Below, piece after piece: positions 28,650 to 37,892 of a DNA stretch of 64,000 nucleotides. Position 1 is the first letter of the stretch, and each line of letters starts with the position of its first letter. The DNA lies in the NCBI GenBank assembly GCA_942492875.1, contig OW818642.1, positions 2,478,606 through 2,542,605 on the forward strand, read 5' to 3'. Source of the DNA: an uncultured Desulfuromonadaceae bacterium. Its GTDB lineage: Bacteria > Desulfobacterota > Desulfuromonadia > Geobacterales > Pseudopelobacteraceae. The notes under the pieces were generated by a model, which saw only the letters and a list, made by a program, of their open reading frames with translations, was not told the origin of the DNA and did no database searches. The position numbers were made by a program, and so were the translations under genes.

Positions 28650-29079
28650 TCCGGTCCTTCAGCTCTTTTTCCCGTTGCCAGCGTGCCGAGACGTCGCGGA
28701 TGATGGCAGCGACACCCAGCATCACCCCTGAATCATCCTTTACCATCACCATGGAAAACTCGGTGGAAATGCGCGTGCCATCTTTGCGCAGCGCCGGTGC
28801 CGAGAGAAGATCGGCGCTGTAGCGACTGCTGCCGCTCTCCATGACGCGACCATAGCCGTCCCAATGTCTCCCGCGCAGATTTTCCGGGATGATCAGATCA
28901 AGCGATTGACCGAGCGCTTCTCCGGCACTGAAGCCGAACATCCGCTCCGCCCCGCTGTTCCAAAGGCGGATGATCCCCTCCCGATCGGCAAACATGACCG
29001 CATCGCTGCTGGTATTAACGATGTAACCGGCAAGCCACTCCTCTGTCGGTGTACCCTGCATGATGTCTCTCCCTCTCAT
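28621..29079 (-). CDS. PAS-domain protein
   Basis: Single PAS fold (DAVMFADREGIIRLWNSGAERMFG). 29-bp convergent overlap with greA. Confidence 0.6.
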   Translation of the reverse strand: MRGRDIMQGTPTEEWLAGYIVNTSSDAVMFADREGIIRLWNSGAERMFGFSAGEALGQSLDLIIPENLRGRHWDGYGRVMESGSSRYSADLLSAPALRKDGTRISTEFSMVMVKDDSGVMLGVAAIIRDVSARWQREKELKDRIRLLEGVSN

Positions 29080-29089
29080 AAACGTGAGC

Positions 29090-29656
29090 TTATTCCTGTT
29101 CGTAGCCGACTACTACCGCTTCGTACTTTGCGCTGAAATCAGCCGCTGTCCGGGCTTCTGCCGCGGCATACCCGGCGATGATGTCATCTCTCATGGTATC
29201 AGGAATAACCCGCTCCGCAAGGGGGTAAAGGACCTCATCCTCTTTTGAGATGTGTTCCCGCAACAGTGCTGCATATGCCAGGGCGTTGGTGGCGATGGTC
29301 TGCTCCTTGCCGGTCTGGCCGTCCAGTGCTTCTAAGGCGGCCATCTCCATTGCCTTGACAAAAGCGCGCCCCTGGTCATGCTCCATCAGCATCGCTGCGA
29401 CCGGGCTATGCTCACGCGGCATGCCGTTTTTTACGAGTGCCTCGAAGAGTACATCTTCCTCCTTGGCATGGTGGAAGCTGTCGGCGTAGTTGCGGATGAA
29501 ATCGACGCCATCAAGATAAAACTGCCAGTTGGAATAGGTGCCGTCGGTGGTCCGTGGCGCGTTACGCTCAATCAGGGTGATCATCCGCAGGATCAGGCGA
29601 TGCTCGTTAACCAGCGCTTGGGTAATATCCTTCTTTTGGGTGCATTGATTGTTCAT
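29090..29656 (-). CDS. Hemerythrin-like metal-binding domain protein
   Basis: HHE-type His/Glu pattern (H..EE, H.K.E, EH). Start at M36 of the track ORF, with a GGAGGA RBS. Confidence 0.6.
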   Translation of the reverse strand: MNNQCTQKKDITQALVNEHRLILRMITLIERNAPRTTDGTYSNWQFYLDGVDFIRNYADSFHHAKEEDVLFEALVKNGMPREHSPVAAMLMEHDQGRAFVKAMEMAALEALDGQTGKEQTIATNALAYAALLREHISKEDEVLYPLAERVIPDTMRDDIIAGYAAAEARTAADFSAKYEAVVVGYEQE

Positions 29657-30111
29657 CAGTTCCTCCGTTCTCCGTCGATGCCGATAACGATGCTCTCCAA
29701 TGGGATGTCCATGCCGCTTTTCTGCAGCGCCTCCCGGACCATGATGTCCATGCCGCGGCAACAGGGCACTTCCATGATGGCCACGGTAATGCTTTTGATT
29801 GCGTTGGCACTGAAGATGTGGGCCAGTTTGTCCACATATGCGCTGGTGTCATCCAATTTGGGACAGGCGACCGCCAGTGCCTTTCCCTTGAGCAGTTCCT
29901 GGTGCATGCTCCCCATGGCAAAAGCCACGCAGTCGGCACAGATAAGGATATCCGCGTTCTGGAAATAGGGGGCGTTTGGCGGCACCAGATGGAGTTGTAC
30001 CGGCCACTGCCGGAGTTCCGATGGTGCTTTGCCCTGTGTCGTGTCTGTTGTTTCCGGTCGTTCAATTACTCTGGCCATGCTGCCGGAGCAGCCGCATCCA
30101 AGATTTCCCAT
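29656..30111 (-). CDS. Cys-rich putative metal-binding/redox protein (CGGC-domain-like)
   Basis: Cysteine pairs (CGC, CADC, CPKLDD, VPCCRG). Co-operonic with the hemerythrin and the small redox protein. Confidence 0.35.
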   Translation of the reverse strand: MGNLGCGCSGSMARVIERPETTDTTQGKAPSELRQWPVQLHLVPPNAPYFQNADILICADCVAFAMGSMHQELLKGKALAVACPKLDDTSAYVDKLAHIFSANAIKSITVAIMEVPCCRGMDIMVREALQKSGMDIPLESIVIGIDGERRN

Positions 30112-30113
30112 GA

Positions 30114-30335
30114 TTATTCTCCTTTTAGAGTCACGTGTTCGTTTATTTCCTGTTCTATTTTCGCTTCGTCATCTTTGCTTAGGCCATGGATCGAGACGAC
30201 GTCTTTCAGCAGGCAGATGCCGACCTTGCAGGTGGTGCAACCGATGTCGAACCTCCCCAGAATCTCACCTATCTCCGGATAGCTCTGCATGACATCCTGA
30301 ATTGCTCTGTCGCCAAGATTGTTTTTAAATTCCAT
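30114..30335 (-). CDS. Small redox-disulfide protein (DUF1858-like)
   Basis: 73 aa with a CTTCKVGIC motif. Confidence 0.4.
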   Translation of the reverse strand: MEFKNNLGDRAIQDVMQSYPEIGEILGRFDIGCTTCKVGICLLKDVVSIHGLSKDDEAKIEQEINEHVTLKGE

Positions 30336-30745
30336 CTCTGCACCTCCTTGCTTGTGATGTTTCCACCATAACGAAGTTGGCTCATTATTTTGATGATCTG
30401 GGTCAAGAATTGAGAGTCTCTCTGAAATGGTTGGTAATTATGTTTATGCCGACAATGAGAAGTTCCTTCTTAATTAAAATTTAAAATAATGGCAAAAGCG
30501 GGTAAAATCTGCTATGGCAGACATGCTGGCTCACTACGTTCCGCTATGCCAACGTGGTAGTTTGGCTCGTTCAGGGAACAACGTGGTGTTAACAATACGA
30601 CTTGATACATTCTGTACGGGTACCTGCATGGTCTCTGTGTGGTCTGTTTGGCGGTGACTGCCGCCACGGTGTTCCGGAATGGCGATATATTTTTAATCGT
30701 TTGTACATATCACAGTGAAATATGACAGCACCCAAGGAGGAACAC

Positions 30746-33256
30746 ATGAACGATCCCGCAGCTCTGTTTATCTGGATTGGCAACCATTATTACTACCTTT
30801 TTGCCTTCGCCATTCTCGTCGTTCTTATCTGGAACTCGGTGGTTATTGTCAGCGGCAACGAGATAGCCCTGATTGAACGGCGCTGGTTCGGCAGCAAGAT
30901 GCCTCAGGGGCGCGTTGTGGCGTTGGGGAACGAGGTCGGCATCCAGGCGCGCACCCTGGGGCCCGGCCTGCACTTCTTGATTCCGTTCATCTACAAGGCC
31001 ACCAAGAGCGTCTTCACCGAGATTCTGGAAAATGAAATCGGCCTGATAGAGTCGGTGGACGGCTCATCGATCCCCTCCGGGCGGATCTTTGCCGCGGTCG
31101 TGGCAGGGCACAACTCCTTCCAGGACGGTGAAGCTTTCATCAAGAACGGCGGCCAGAAGGGGCCGCAGATCGATGTGCTCCCTCCGGGCAAGTACCGTAT
31201 CAACCCCTACCTGTTCAAGCTGACCATGGGGAGCGTCACCGAGATCAAGGACTTTGAGATCGGCATCGTCGAGTCGGTTGACGGCGTTGCTATCGCGGAA
31301 GGCAAGATCTTTGCCCAGGCGGTGGAGGGGCACTCCTCGTTCCAGAACGGTGAAGCATTCATCACCAACGGCGGCCAGAAGGGGCCGCAGATCGAGATCA
31401 TCCCCCCCGGTAACTATCGCATCAACCCCTACCTGTTCAAGGTGACCAAAAGTTCGGCCACCAAGATCGGTGACGGCGAGATCGGCCTGGTCGAATCGGC
31501 CGACGGCGCGGCGATTCCGGCGGGACGCATCTTTGCCACGGTGGTGCCCGGTCATAACGCCTTCCAGTCGGGCCAGGATTTCATCAGGAACGGCGGCCAG
31601 AAAGGGCCGCAGACCGAGATCCTGCCGCCCGGTGTCTACCGTATCCACCCGAACCTGTTCAAGATCACCAAGGCTGCCGCCGTGATCATCGCCAAGGGTG
31701 AAGTCGGCATGGTCACCGCCCAGGACGGTGGGGCGATCCCCATGGGGCGGCTGCTGGCCCAGAGCGTGACGGGCCACTCCAATTACGAGAACGGCGAGGC
31801 CTTCCTGAAAAACGGCGGGCAGAAGGGGCCGCAGATTGACGTGCTGCTCCCCGGCACCTATCGTATCAACCTGAATCTGTTCCAGGTGCAGATTGCCCCC
31901 GCTGTGATCATCGAAGCCAACAAAATCGGTCTGGTTACCGCGCTGGACGGCATTCCGCTTCCAGAGCGGGAATACGTGGCTTCCCCGATCACCGGCCATA
32001 ACGATTACCAGGATGGTTCCGCCTTCCTCACCAAACAGGGGCAGCGCGGTCCGCAGTTGGATGTGCTGCGGCCCGGTACCTATTACATCAACCCGTTCAT
32101 GTTCAGTGTGGCCGTTGATGACGTTGCGGTCATCGAGCGCGGCCAGGTCGGGGTTATCGTCTCGAACGTGGGCGACGATCCGACGGCAGAGATGAAGAAG
32201 CGTCTCGGCTCGACCCAGGCCGGGGCCTCGGCGGAAGAGGGCAAGGAAAAGTACGTCGTACCCAAGGGATTTCGTGGCATCCAGGAGGAGGTGGCCGGCC
32301 CGGGGCGCTATTACCTCAACCGGCGGGCGTTCATGTGCTACATCATTGACACCACCAACATCACCATCGATTGGGACGACCAGGAAGACACCCGCTTCGA
32401 CCAGTTGACGGTCATCTCCAAGGACGGTTTCCCGATCCAGGTCGCCGTCAAGGTCGTTATACGCGTCCGCCCGGACCAGGCTCCCTATATGGTGGCCAAA
32501 GTTGGCTCCATCGATAACCTGATCCAGCACGTCATCCACCCGATGATTGACTCCTCCTTCCGCAACCAGGCTTCTACCGCTTCGGCCATGAACTTCTTGC
32601 AGAGTCGTTCGGAAGAGCAGACCAAGGCCGAAACCCGCGCCCGCGTCGATCTGGAAAAATATCATGTTGAGTGTGTGTCGGTGCTGATCTGTCAGATAAA
32701 ACTCCCTGAGGATCTGATGCAGACCCAGACGAAGCGGATAATCGCCGAGCAGCAGCAGGAGATGTACAAGATGGAGCAAAGATCACAGGCCGAGCGCACC
32801 GAGATGGAGAAGATGCGCGCCACGGCCGACCAGCAGCCGACTCTGGTTGCCTCGGAGATCGCCGTGAAGGTAGCGACTCAGAAGAAGACTGAGATGATCA
32901 CACTGGCCGAAGGTAATGCTGAATCAAAGGCGCTTGAGGGGATCGGTGAAGGGAAACGGCTCAAGGCCATCGGCGACGGTGAGGCATCAAAGATTGCGGC
33001 AATAGGTGAAGCAACCGCCCAGGCTTACAACAAGCAGCAGGAGGCCATCGGTGAAGAGGCGATCAAGCAGATCAAGATCGTGGAGCTGATTGCCGCCGCC
33101 ATCCAGAATGGCAATATTAAGATCGTGCCGGATGTGTTGGTGACTGGAGGCGGGACGGCTGGTGACGGGTTGATGGGGCAGTTGTCGCGGTTGTTGCCGG
33201 GAGTGGATTTGAATGGGTTGATACGGAAATCAGGAGATCAGGCGGAGAAACAGTAA
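30746..33256 (+). CDS. SPFH/flotillin-family membrane protein with five tandem 74-aa repeats of the N-terminal SPFH segment
   Basis: N-terminal TM. SPFH start motif GPGLHFLIPF. C-terminal flotillin-like coiled coil and EA-rich region. Start at the ATG at 30746, after AAGGAGG. Confidence 0.7.
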   Translation: MNDPAALFIWIGNHYYYLFAFAILVVLIWNSVVIVSGNEIALIERRWFGSKMPQGRVVALGNEVGIQARTLGPGLHFLIPFIYKATKSVFTEILENEIGLIESVDGSSIPSGRIFAAVVAGHNSFQDGEAFIKNGGQKGPQIDVLPPGKYRINPYLFKLTMGSVTEIKDFEIGIVESVDGVAIAEGKIFAQAVEGHSSFQNGEAFITNGGQKGPQIEIIPPGNYRINPYLFKVTKSSATKIGDGEIGLVESADGAAIPAGRIFATVVPGHNAFQSGQDFIRNGGQKGPQTEILPPGVYRIHPNLFKITKAAAVIIAKGEVGMVTAQDGGAIPMGRLLAQSVTGHSNYENGEAFLKNGGQKGPQIDVLLPGTYRINLNLFQVQIAPAVIIEANKIGLVTALDGIPLPEREYVASPITGHNDYQDGSAFLTKQGQRGPQLDVLRPGTYYINPFMFSVAVDDVAVIERGQVGVIVSNVGDDPTAEMKKRLGSTQAGASAEEGKEKYVVPKGFRGIQEEVAGPGRYYLNRRAFMCYIIDTTNITIDWDDQEDTRFDQLTVISKDGFPIQVAVKVVIRVRPDQAPYMVAKVGSIDNLIQHVIHPMIDSSFRNQASTASAMNFLQSRSEEQTKAETRARVDLEKYHVECVSVLICQIKLPEDLMQTQTKRIIAEQQQEMYKMEQRSQAERTEMEKMRATADQQPTLVASEIAVKVATQKKTEMITLAEGNAESKALEGIGEGKRLKAIGDGEASKIAAIGEATAQAYNKQQEAIGEEAIKQIKIVELIAAAIQNGNIKIVPDVLVTGGGTAGDGLMGQLSRLLPGVDLNGLIRKSGDQAEKQ
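31034..32143 (+). repeat. Five in-frame tandem 222-bp (74-aa) repeats inside the flotillin-like gene
   Basis: Consensus E-IG-VES-DG-AIP-GRIFA-VV-GHN-FQ-GEAF--NGGQKGPQ---LPPG-YRINP-LFK-T. About 50-60% aa identity between units, so the duplications are ancient and diverged. Degenerate half-units flank the array. Confidence 0.8.
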
Positions 33257-33366
33257 AACCTGTCTCACGCACTCCAGCGGCTTTTGGGTTACAGCCAGTG
33301 GAGGCGGTTTGACGATGCGGTCAAGCGGGCTATGATATCCTGTCAGCAATCCGGTAATAATCCCAA

Positions 33367-33475
33367 CTACCATTTTGCCGGCGCCGGCAAAATGGTAGTA
33401 GTAGGTATTCAAAAAAGAAATGTCCAACTTGCGGCTCGACCAGGCCGCCCGGAAAGGCTGGGCGGCCTGGTCGAG
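33367..33475. repeat. 32-bp perfect palindrome (33367-33398) plus hairpin with 16-bp perfect stem (33435-33475)
   Basis: CTACCATTTTGCCGGC|GCCGGCAAAATGGTAG. Then CTCGACCAGGCCGCCC-ggaaaggct-GGGCGGCCTGGTCGAG. Confidence 0.8.
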
Positions 33476-33558
33476 TCTTATGACGTTGGATGAAAAATGA
33501 TTTGACTTGAAACACTCGCCAGCGTACGATTTAACGTACGAATCGGAGGTGGCTTAAA

Positions 33559-33801
33559 ATGACAACGCTATCAGCAACAGAAGCGAGAAAATCCCTTTAT
33601 AACCTTGTCGATGATGTCGCTTTATCACATGACCCGATTCAGATTGTTGGCAAACGGCATTCAGCAGTTCTCATCTCAGAAGACGATTGGCGTGCTATTC
33701 AGGAAACATTGTATCTCACTTCAATTCCCGGCATGCGGGAATCCATCAAGAAAGGTCTCAAAACCCCGGTATCCGAGTGTAGTGAGGAGCTTGCATGGTA
33801 A
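33559..33801 (+). CDS. yefM: Type II antitoxin, Phd/YefM family
   Basis: MTTLSATEARKSLYNLVDDV...VLISEDDWRAIQETLYL. 7-bp overlap with the toxin gene. Confidence 0.75.
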   Translation: MTTLSATEARKSLYNLVDDVALSHDPIQIVGKRHSAVLISEDDWRAIQETLYLTSIPGMRESIKKGLKTPVSECSEELAW

Positions 33802-34061
33802 ACTGGCAACTTGTTTTTACCAGGCAAGCGCAAAAAGATGCAAAAAAGATCGCACACTCCGGGTTAAAGTCACAGGCCGAACAATTACTGGAAATTATCA
33901 AAGAAAATCCCTTCAAAAATCCCCCACCATATGAAAAACTTGTAGGCGATCTGGCAGGTGCTTATTCCCGTAGAATCAACATTCAGCATCGACTGGTTTA
34001 TGAGGTTTTGGACAATGTAAAGACTATAAAGATTATCCGAATGTGGACGCATTACGAATAG
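33795..34061 (+). CDS. yoeB: Type II toxin, YoeB/Txe (RelE superfamily)
   Basis: ...AYSRRINIQHRLVYEV...IIRMWTHYE is characteristic of YoeB. Confidence 0.75.
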   Translation: MVNWQLVFTRQAQKDAKKIAHSGLKSQAEQLLEIIKENPFKNPPPYEKLVGDLAGAYSRRINIQHRLVYEVLDNVKTIKIIRMWTHYE

Positions 34062-34129
34062 CCAAAGCTGATCAGCCGTTTGTCGCTATGTAGAAAGCCA
34101 TGCCCGTAAAAATTCGACAGGAGAACACC

Positions 34130-34342
34130 ATGAACATAACGTATATTTTACGTCAATCAGATAGCCTTGTTTTTAATACCGATAGTGAAACAATTGCCTT
34201 TACGGCCAGGAGATTAGCGGATGTAAAACGCAGGGCATTTCGTAAGCAGTATCATGAAGATTCCAATCTACGGCTTGAGGATGAGAACGGTAATGTTCTC
34301 AGCATCAAGCGCAGCGGTTTCAAATGGGAAGATAAGCTATAA
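34130..34342 (+). CDS. Hypothetical small protein in AT-rich islet
   Basis: ORF only; no recognisable motif. Confidence 0.25.
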   Translation: MNITYILRQSDSLVFNTDSETIAFTARRLADVKRRAFRKQYHEDSNLRLEDENGNVLSIKRSGFKWEDKL

Positions 34343-34382
34343 TGCCGGAAAGGTCAGTACTTAAAAGTTTGCAGGGGGCAGA

Positions 34383-35756
34383 GTGAAAAATAAAAAACCC
34401 CCCGAAAAGAGTGGTTCTGTGGTCATCACCCGACAGGAGCACGGGATCTCCCGCAAGCTCATGAGCCCGAACGCTCTTCGCGTTCTCTATCGGCTGAAGG
34501 ATAACGGCTATGTCGCGTATCTCGTTGGCGGCTGTGTGCGCGACCTCCTGCTCGGACGAGAACCGAAGGATTTTGACGTTGTGACCAACGCCACGCCCGG
34601 TGAGGTGAAGCGGATGTTCCGCAACTGCCGTCTTGTCGGCCGACGCTTCCGTCTTGCACACCTCCACTTCCACGAAGAGCTCATCGAGGTGGCAACCTTT
34701 CGCTCCCAGGCAGCTGATGAGCCGAAGCCCGAGGTAGAAGAGAAGCGCGGGAGGGAGAACCGGCAGCGGCAACTAAAGAATGACGATGGGATGATCCTGC
34801 GGGATAATGTCTACGGCACCCCCGAAGAAGACGCTCTGCGCCGCGACTTTACCGTCAATGCGCTTGCCTACGATATCGCCGATTTTTCGATCATCGACTT
34901 TGCCGGCGGCATCGCCGACCTGAACGCCGGCATCATCCGCACTATCGGCGATCCGGCGGTCCGTTTTCGGGAAGATCCGGTGCGGATGCTGCGGGCGGTG
35001 CGCTTTGCCGCCAAGCTCGGCTTCACGATGGAAGAAGAGACACGTAAGGCGCTGGTATCTGCCGCCGGCACCATCGTCAGCGCCTCGCCGCCGCGCCTCT
35101 ATGAAGAGATGCTCAAAATCCTGCTCTCAGGAGAAGGGGCGAAGTGCTGCGACCTCCTCCGTCAGACCGGTCTCTTTGCGGCGCTTTTTCCCTTTTTCTC
35201 CGCCTGGCTCGACGCCGAAAGTGAAGGTTTCCCCCACACCCGTTTTGGAGCGATGCTCACCTCCGTTGATTCCATTGTTCAGCAGGGGGGCACGGTCTCA
35301 CCGCCGCTCCTCCTGGCACTGCTTTTCGGCGAGTACCTCGATGAGAAGGCGGCAAACTTCCGCGCCAAGGGTGCGCCGTGGCAGCAGAGTGTTGACGCCG
35401 CGACAGCGGAGTTCTTGGGAGAAGTCTGCCCGTTCGTACAGATAGCGAACCGTGTCGGGCTTGCGCTCCGCGAGATTATTGCCCAACAGGTGCGCCTGAA
35501 TCTGATCCCCGGCCGCAAGCCCCAGGCGTTTATCGCCCGCAAGGATTTCGGCGACATCATCGAATACTGCCGGATCACCCGTGGTGACAGGAAGGACGTT
35601 GCCGGGCGGCTCGAATGGTGGCTGGCTCAGGCAGCAGAGCAGGAGCCGCTGCCGCTGTCCAAACGCAGCGAAGAGGCTGGGGCTCAGCCGGTGAAGAAAA
35701 AACGCCGGCGGCGGCGAAAGCCGCAAGGTGTGCATCAGCCTAAAAAAAGCAGTTAA
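34383..35756 (+). CDS. pcnB: Poly(A) polymerase I
   Basis: YLVGGCVRDLLLGREPKDFDVVTNATP head motif, RLAHLHF, RDFTVNAL. Basic C-terminal tail. Confidence 0.8.
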   Translation: MKNKKPPEKSGSVVITRQEHGISRKLMSPNALRVLYRLKDNGYVAYLVGGCVRDLLLGREPKDFDVVTNATPGEVKRMFRNCRLVGRRFRLAHLHFHEELIEVATFRSQAADEPKPEVEEKRGRENRQRQLKNDDGMILRDNVYGTPEEDALRRDFTVNALAYDIADFSIIDFAGGIADLNAGIIRTIGDPAVRFREDPVRMLRAVRFAAKLGFTMEEETRKALVSAAGTIVSASPPRLYEEMLKILLSGEGAKCCDLLRQTGLFAALFPFFSAWLDAESEGFPHTRFGAMLTSVDSIVQQGGTVSPPLLLALLFGEYLDEKAANFRAKGAPWQQSVDAATAEFLGEVCPFVQIANRVGLALREIIAQQVRLNLIPGRKPQAFIARKDFGDIIEYCRITRGDRKDVAGRLEWWLAQAAEQEPLPLSKRSEEAGAQPVKKKRRRRRKPQGVHQPKKSS

Positions 35757-35955
35757 CCGCCGATGAACGCCGATATACGCAGAGAAATCAAAGACTTAAA
35801 CAAAATAAGCGGTTAACCAATATGGTGACTAACTTTTTTGATGTAATTCTAGGTTTTATCGGCGTGCATCCGCTTTTTTCGGCGGTTAACTGCCGTTTCC
35901 AGGATCAGACAACCTGATGGAATAAAACTGTCTGGTGCATGAGCTGATGGAGATG

Positions 35956-37245
35956 CTACGTGAGGTGGGGAATTCCCTGCAGGCTGCGTAGCAGCTCAAG
36001 TTGCTTGCTGATAATATCTGGTACTATATGCCCGGCACGCTCAAGCAACGGCGCGACGGCTCCCTCCGGCTCGATGCGTGGATAAACCTGGTCACTCAGT
36101 TCGTGAATCAGCCGCATGGTGCGGAAGGCGTCAAACCAGCCGTGGAAAGACGTCATTAATTTTGTGCTCTCGCGGTTGTTTTTCCTCAGATTATCCCACG
36201 AATCCCTGAATCCTGACTGCTCCAGAAACCGGTGCAAAACCGGTGAAATAAGCCCGGCACCATTCAGTAATTCTACTGCATCCGCTGTGGAATTATTCAT
36301 TACGTACGCCAACCAATCCCCCACTATTGTAAAAACAACCGGCTGATAGAAGAGCAGGCGCTGCTCCCCGTCCTCCAGCATGTCGCCCACGGAGCGACCG
36401 GTGCCGAAGGGAACTCTGGTCGATGAACGGGGGGAGGGGTGAACGATCGTTCCTTCCAGCGGCACGACGCTGGAAGTTTTGTGAACCTGTTGCAGAAAAT
36501 AGAAATCCTCTCCGGCCAGACGGCGGTTCATCCCGCCTGAGGCGACATAGGCGGATGCCCGGCAGGCCATGGCGCTCCCCACGGTGTGAAAGGCGTAGGG
36601 TGAGCCAGCCAGCTCAAGCCCCAGCACGTAGATCCGCAGGAACAGTTCGTAGCGGTCAATGGCGGACTGTCCCACCTCGTTGGCTGCCGGGCGGTGGCGA
36701 TAGGGGATGCTTGCGCCGCCTGCTGTCGTGTCGGCAAAATGGCTGGAAATGGCGTGAAGATAGTCCGGCTGCACCACGGTGTCCGCATCGAGGCAGATCA
36801 GGAGCGGATCGACATCACGGTAATCAAGAAGCGGGAGCGCCAGGTCGAGGCCGATTTTGCGTGCCAGACCGACCCCCTGTTTGGGGGGGAGTTCTGCCCC
36901 GGGTGTGGCGGCATCGATCCAGCACAGATTGTTCAGCCCGTACTGTTGTTTCCAGAGCGGCAGCATCTGCAGCGTTTTGTGGTTGTCGGCTGTCTCCGCA
37001 CTTGATGCGTCGGCGCGCTGATTGACGACGATCAGGATTAAAAAACGGTCAAGCAGATCGGCAGGATTGTGGGAAAGCGACTCCAGTGTCTGCGGAAGAT
37101 TGGCGGCTTCGGCCAGCGAGGGGATGACGACCGCGCCGGAAAAGGAGCGGTGGGGGGCGTCGTTGATGCTCCATGGTTTGCCTGCCGCTCGTTTATTCAG
37201 ATAGGTGGCTATATTTATGGGGAGGTAGGTATCAGACATAGTCAC
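35956..37245 (-). CDS. Glycosyltransferase family 2-like protein
   Basis: GT-A fold pattern (VVIPSLAEA..., DAD, GEDFYF). Confidence 0.5.
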   Translation of the reverse strand: MTMSDTYLPINIATYLNKRAAGKPWSINDAPHRSFSGAVVIPSLAEAANLPQTLESLSHNPADLLDRFLILIVVNQRADASSAETADNHKTLQMLPLWKQQYGLNNLCWIDAATPGAELPPKQGVGLARKIGLDLALPLLDYRDVDPLLICLDADTVVQPDYLHAISSHFADTTAGGASIPYRHRPAANEVGQSAIDRYELFLRIYVLGLELAGSPYAFHTVGSAMACRASAYVASGGMNRRLAGEDFYFLQQVHKTSSVVPLEGTIVHPSPRSSTRVPFGTGRSVGDMLEDGEQRLLFYQPVVFTIVGDWLAYVMNNSTADAVELLNGAGLISPVLHRFLEQSGFRDSWDNLRKNNRESTKLMTSFHGWFDAFRTMRLIHELSDQVYPRIEPEGAVAPLLERAGHIVPDIISKQLELLRSLQGIPHLT

Positions 37246-37283
37246 GTATCAAGCAAGGCATCACTCACGAGTTTTACCCAAGA

Positions 37284-37889
37284 TCATTCTGTTCCCCACC
37301 GTTTATAAAGATCGTTTTCAATCCCCAGTTGATCGAGCACCTTCCCGACAACAAAATCAACCAGATCCAGCACCGATTCCGGTCTGCCGTAGAAAGCCGG
37401 CATCGCCGGTATGATGCGCGCTCCGGAGCGGGAAAGCTTCAGCATGTTCTCGAGATGGATATCGGAGAGCGGCGTTTCGCGGGGAACCAGCAGCAGCGGT
37501 CGGCGCTCCTTGAGCATGACATCGGCGCTCCGTTCGATCAGGTTGCCGGAAATGCCGCAGGCGATGCGCGCCAGACTCCCCATACTACAGGGGCAGACCA
37601 CCATTGCGTCCGGGGCGGACGAGCCGCTGGCGGCACCGCAGAACAGATCATCCGGATGCACGAGCCTGATGCCGGAATCTATTTCCAGATGAGCATACAG
37701 CCGCTGCAGCGCTTTATCCAGATCTCCGCCGAGATCGAGACCGGTCTCTTCAAGGCAGACGGCTGTGCCGCTGCAGCTGGCACAAAAAGTCACCTGAAAG
37801 TCATTCAGGCAGAGCTGTTCCGCCAGCCGCAGTCCGTACATTGAACCTGATGCGCCGGTCAGGGCGATGAAGATGTGTTTTTGCGCCAT
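37284..37889 (-). CDS. ubiX: Flavin prenyltransferase UbiX
   Basis: IALTGASGSMYGLRL...CPCSMGSLARIACG flavoprotein motifs. Confidence 0.85.
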   Translation of the reverse strand: MAQKHIFIALTGASGSMYGLRLAEQLCLNDFQVTFCASCSGTAVCLEETGLDLGGDLDKALQRLYAHLEIDSGIRLVHPDDLFCGAASGSSAPDAMVVCPCSMGSLARIACGISGNLIERSADVMLKERRPLLLVPRETPLSDIHLENMLKLSRSGARIIPAMPAFYGRPESVLDLVDFVVGKVLDQLGIENDLYKRWGTE

Positions 37890-37892
37890 TAG

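Noticed and set aside
30520-30560. Possible sigma-54 −24/−12 promoter (TGGCAG-N6-CTGGCT) in the 380-bp AT-rich leader of the flotillin gene
   Set aside because: Only a loose match to TGGCAC-N5-TTGCA. The −12 element is poor and there is no enhancer-binding-protein gene nearby.
31064-32779. 571-aa antisense ORF across the flotillin repeat region, and similar ones (41961..43199 plus opposite glgA; 54510..55193 minus inside DUF422 gene; 19598..20494 minus opposite panC; 40115..40843 plus and 40207..40644 minus opposite the oxygenase; 48934..49659 plus opposite PFOR)
   Set aside because: Same GC-driven artefact. The sense-strand genes have clear conserved motifs.
35749-35893. 14-bp inverted repeats (GCAGTTAACCGCCG / CGGCGGTTAACTGC) 120 bp apart, flanking the convergent pcnB–GT2 intergenic region
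   Set aside because: Probably just convergent-terminator or long-stem structure. There is no coding or mobile-element signature between them, and it is too short to call a MITE with confidence.
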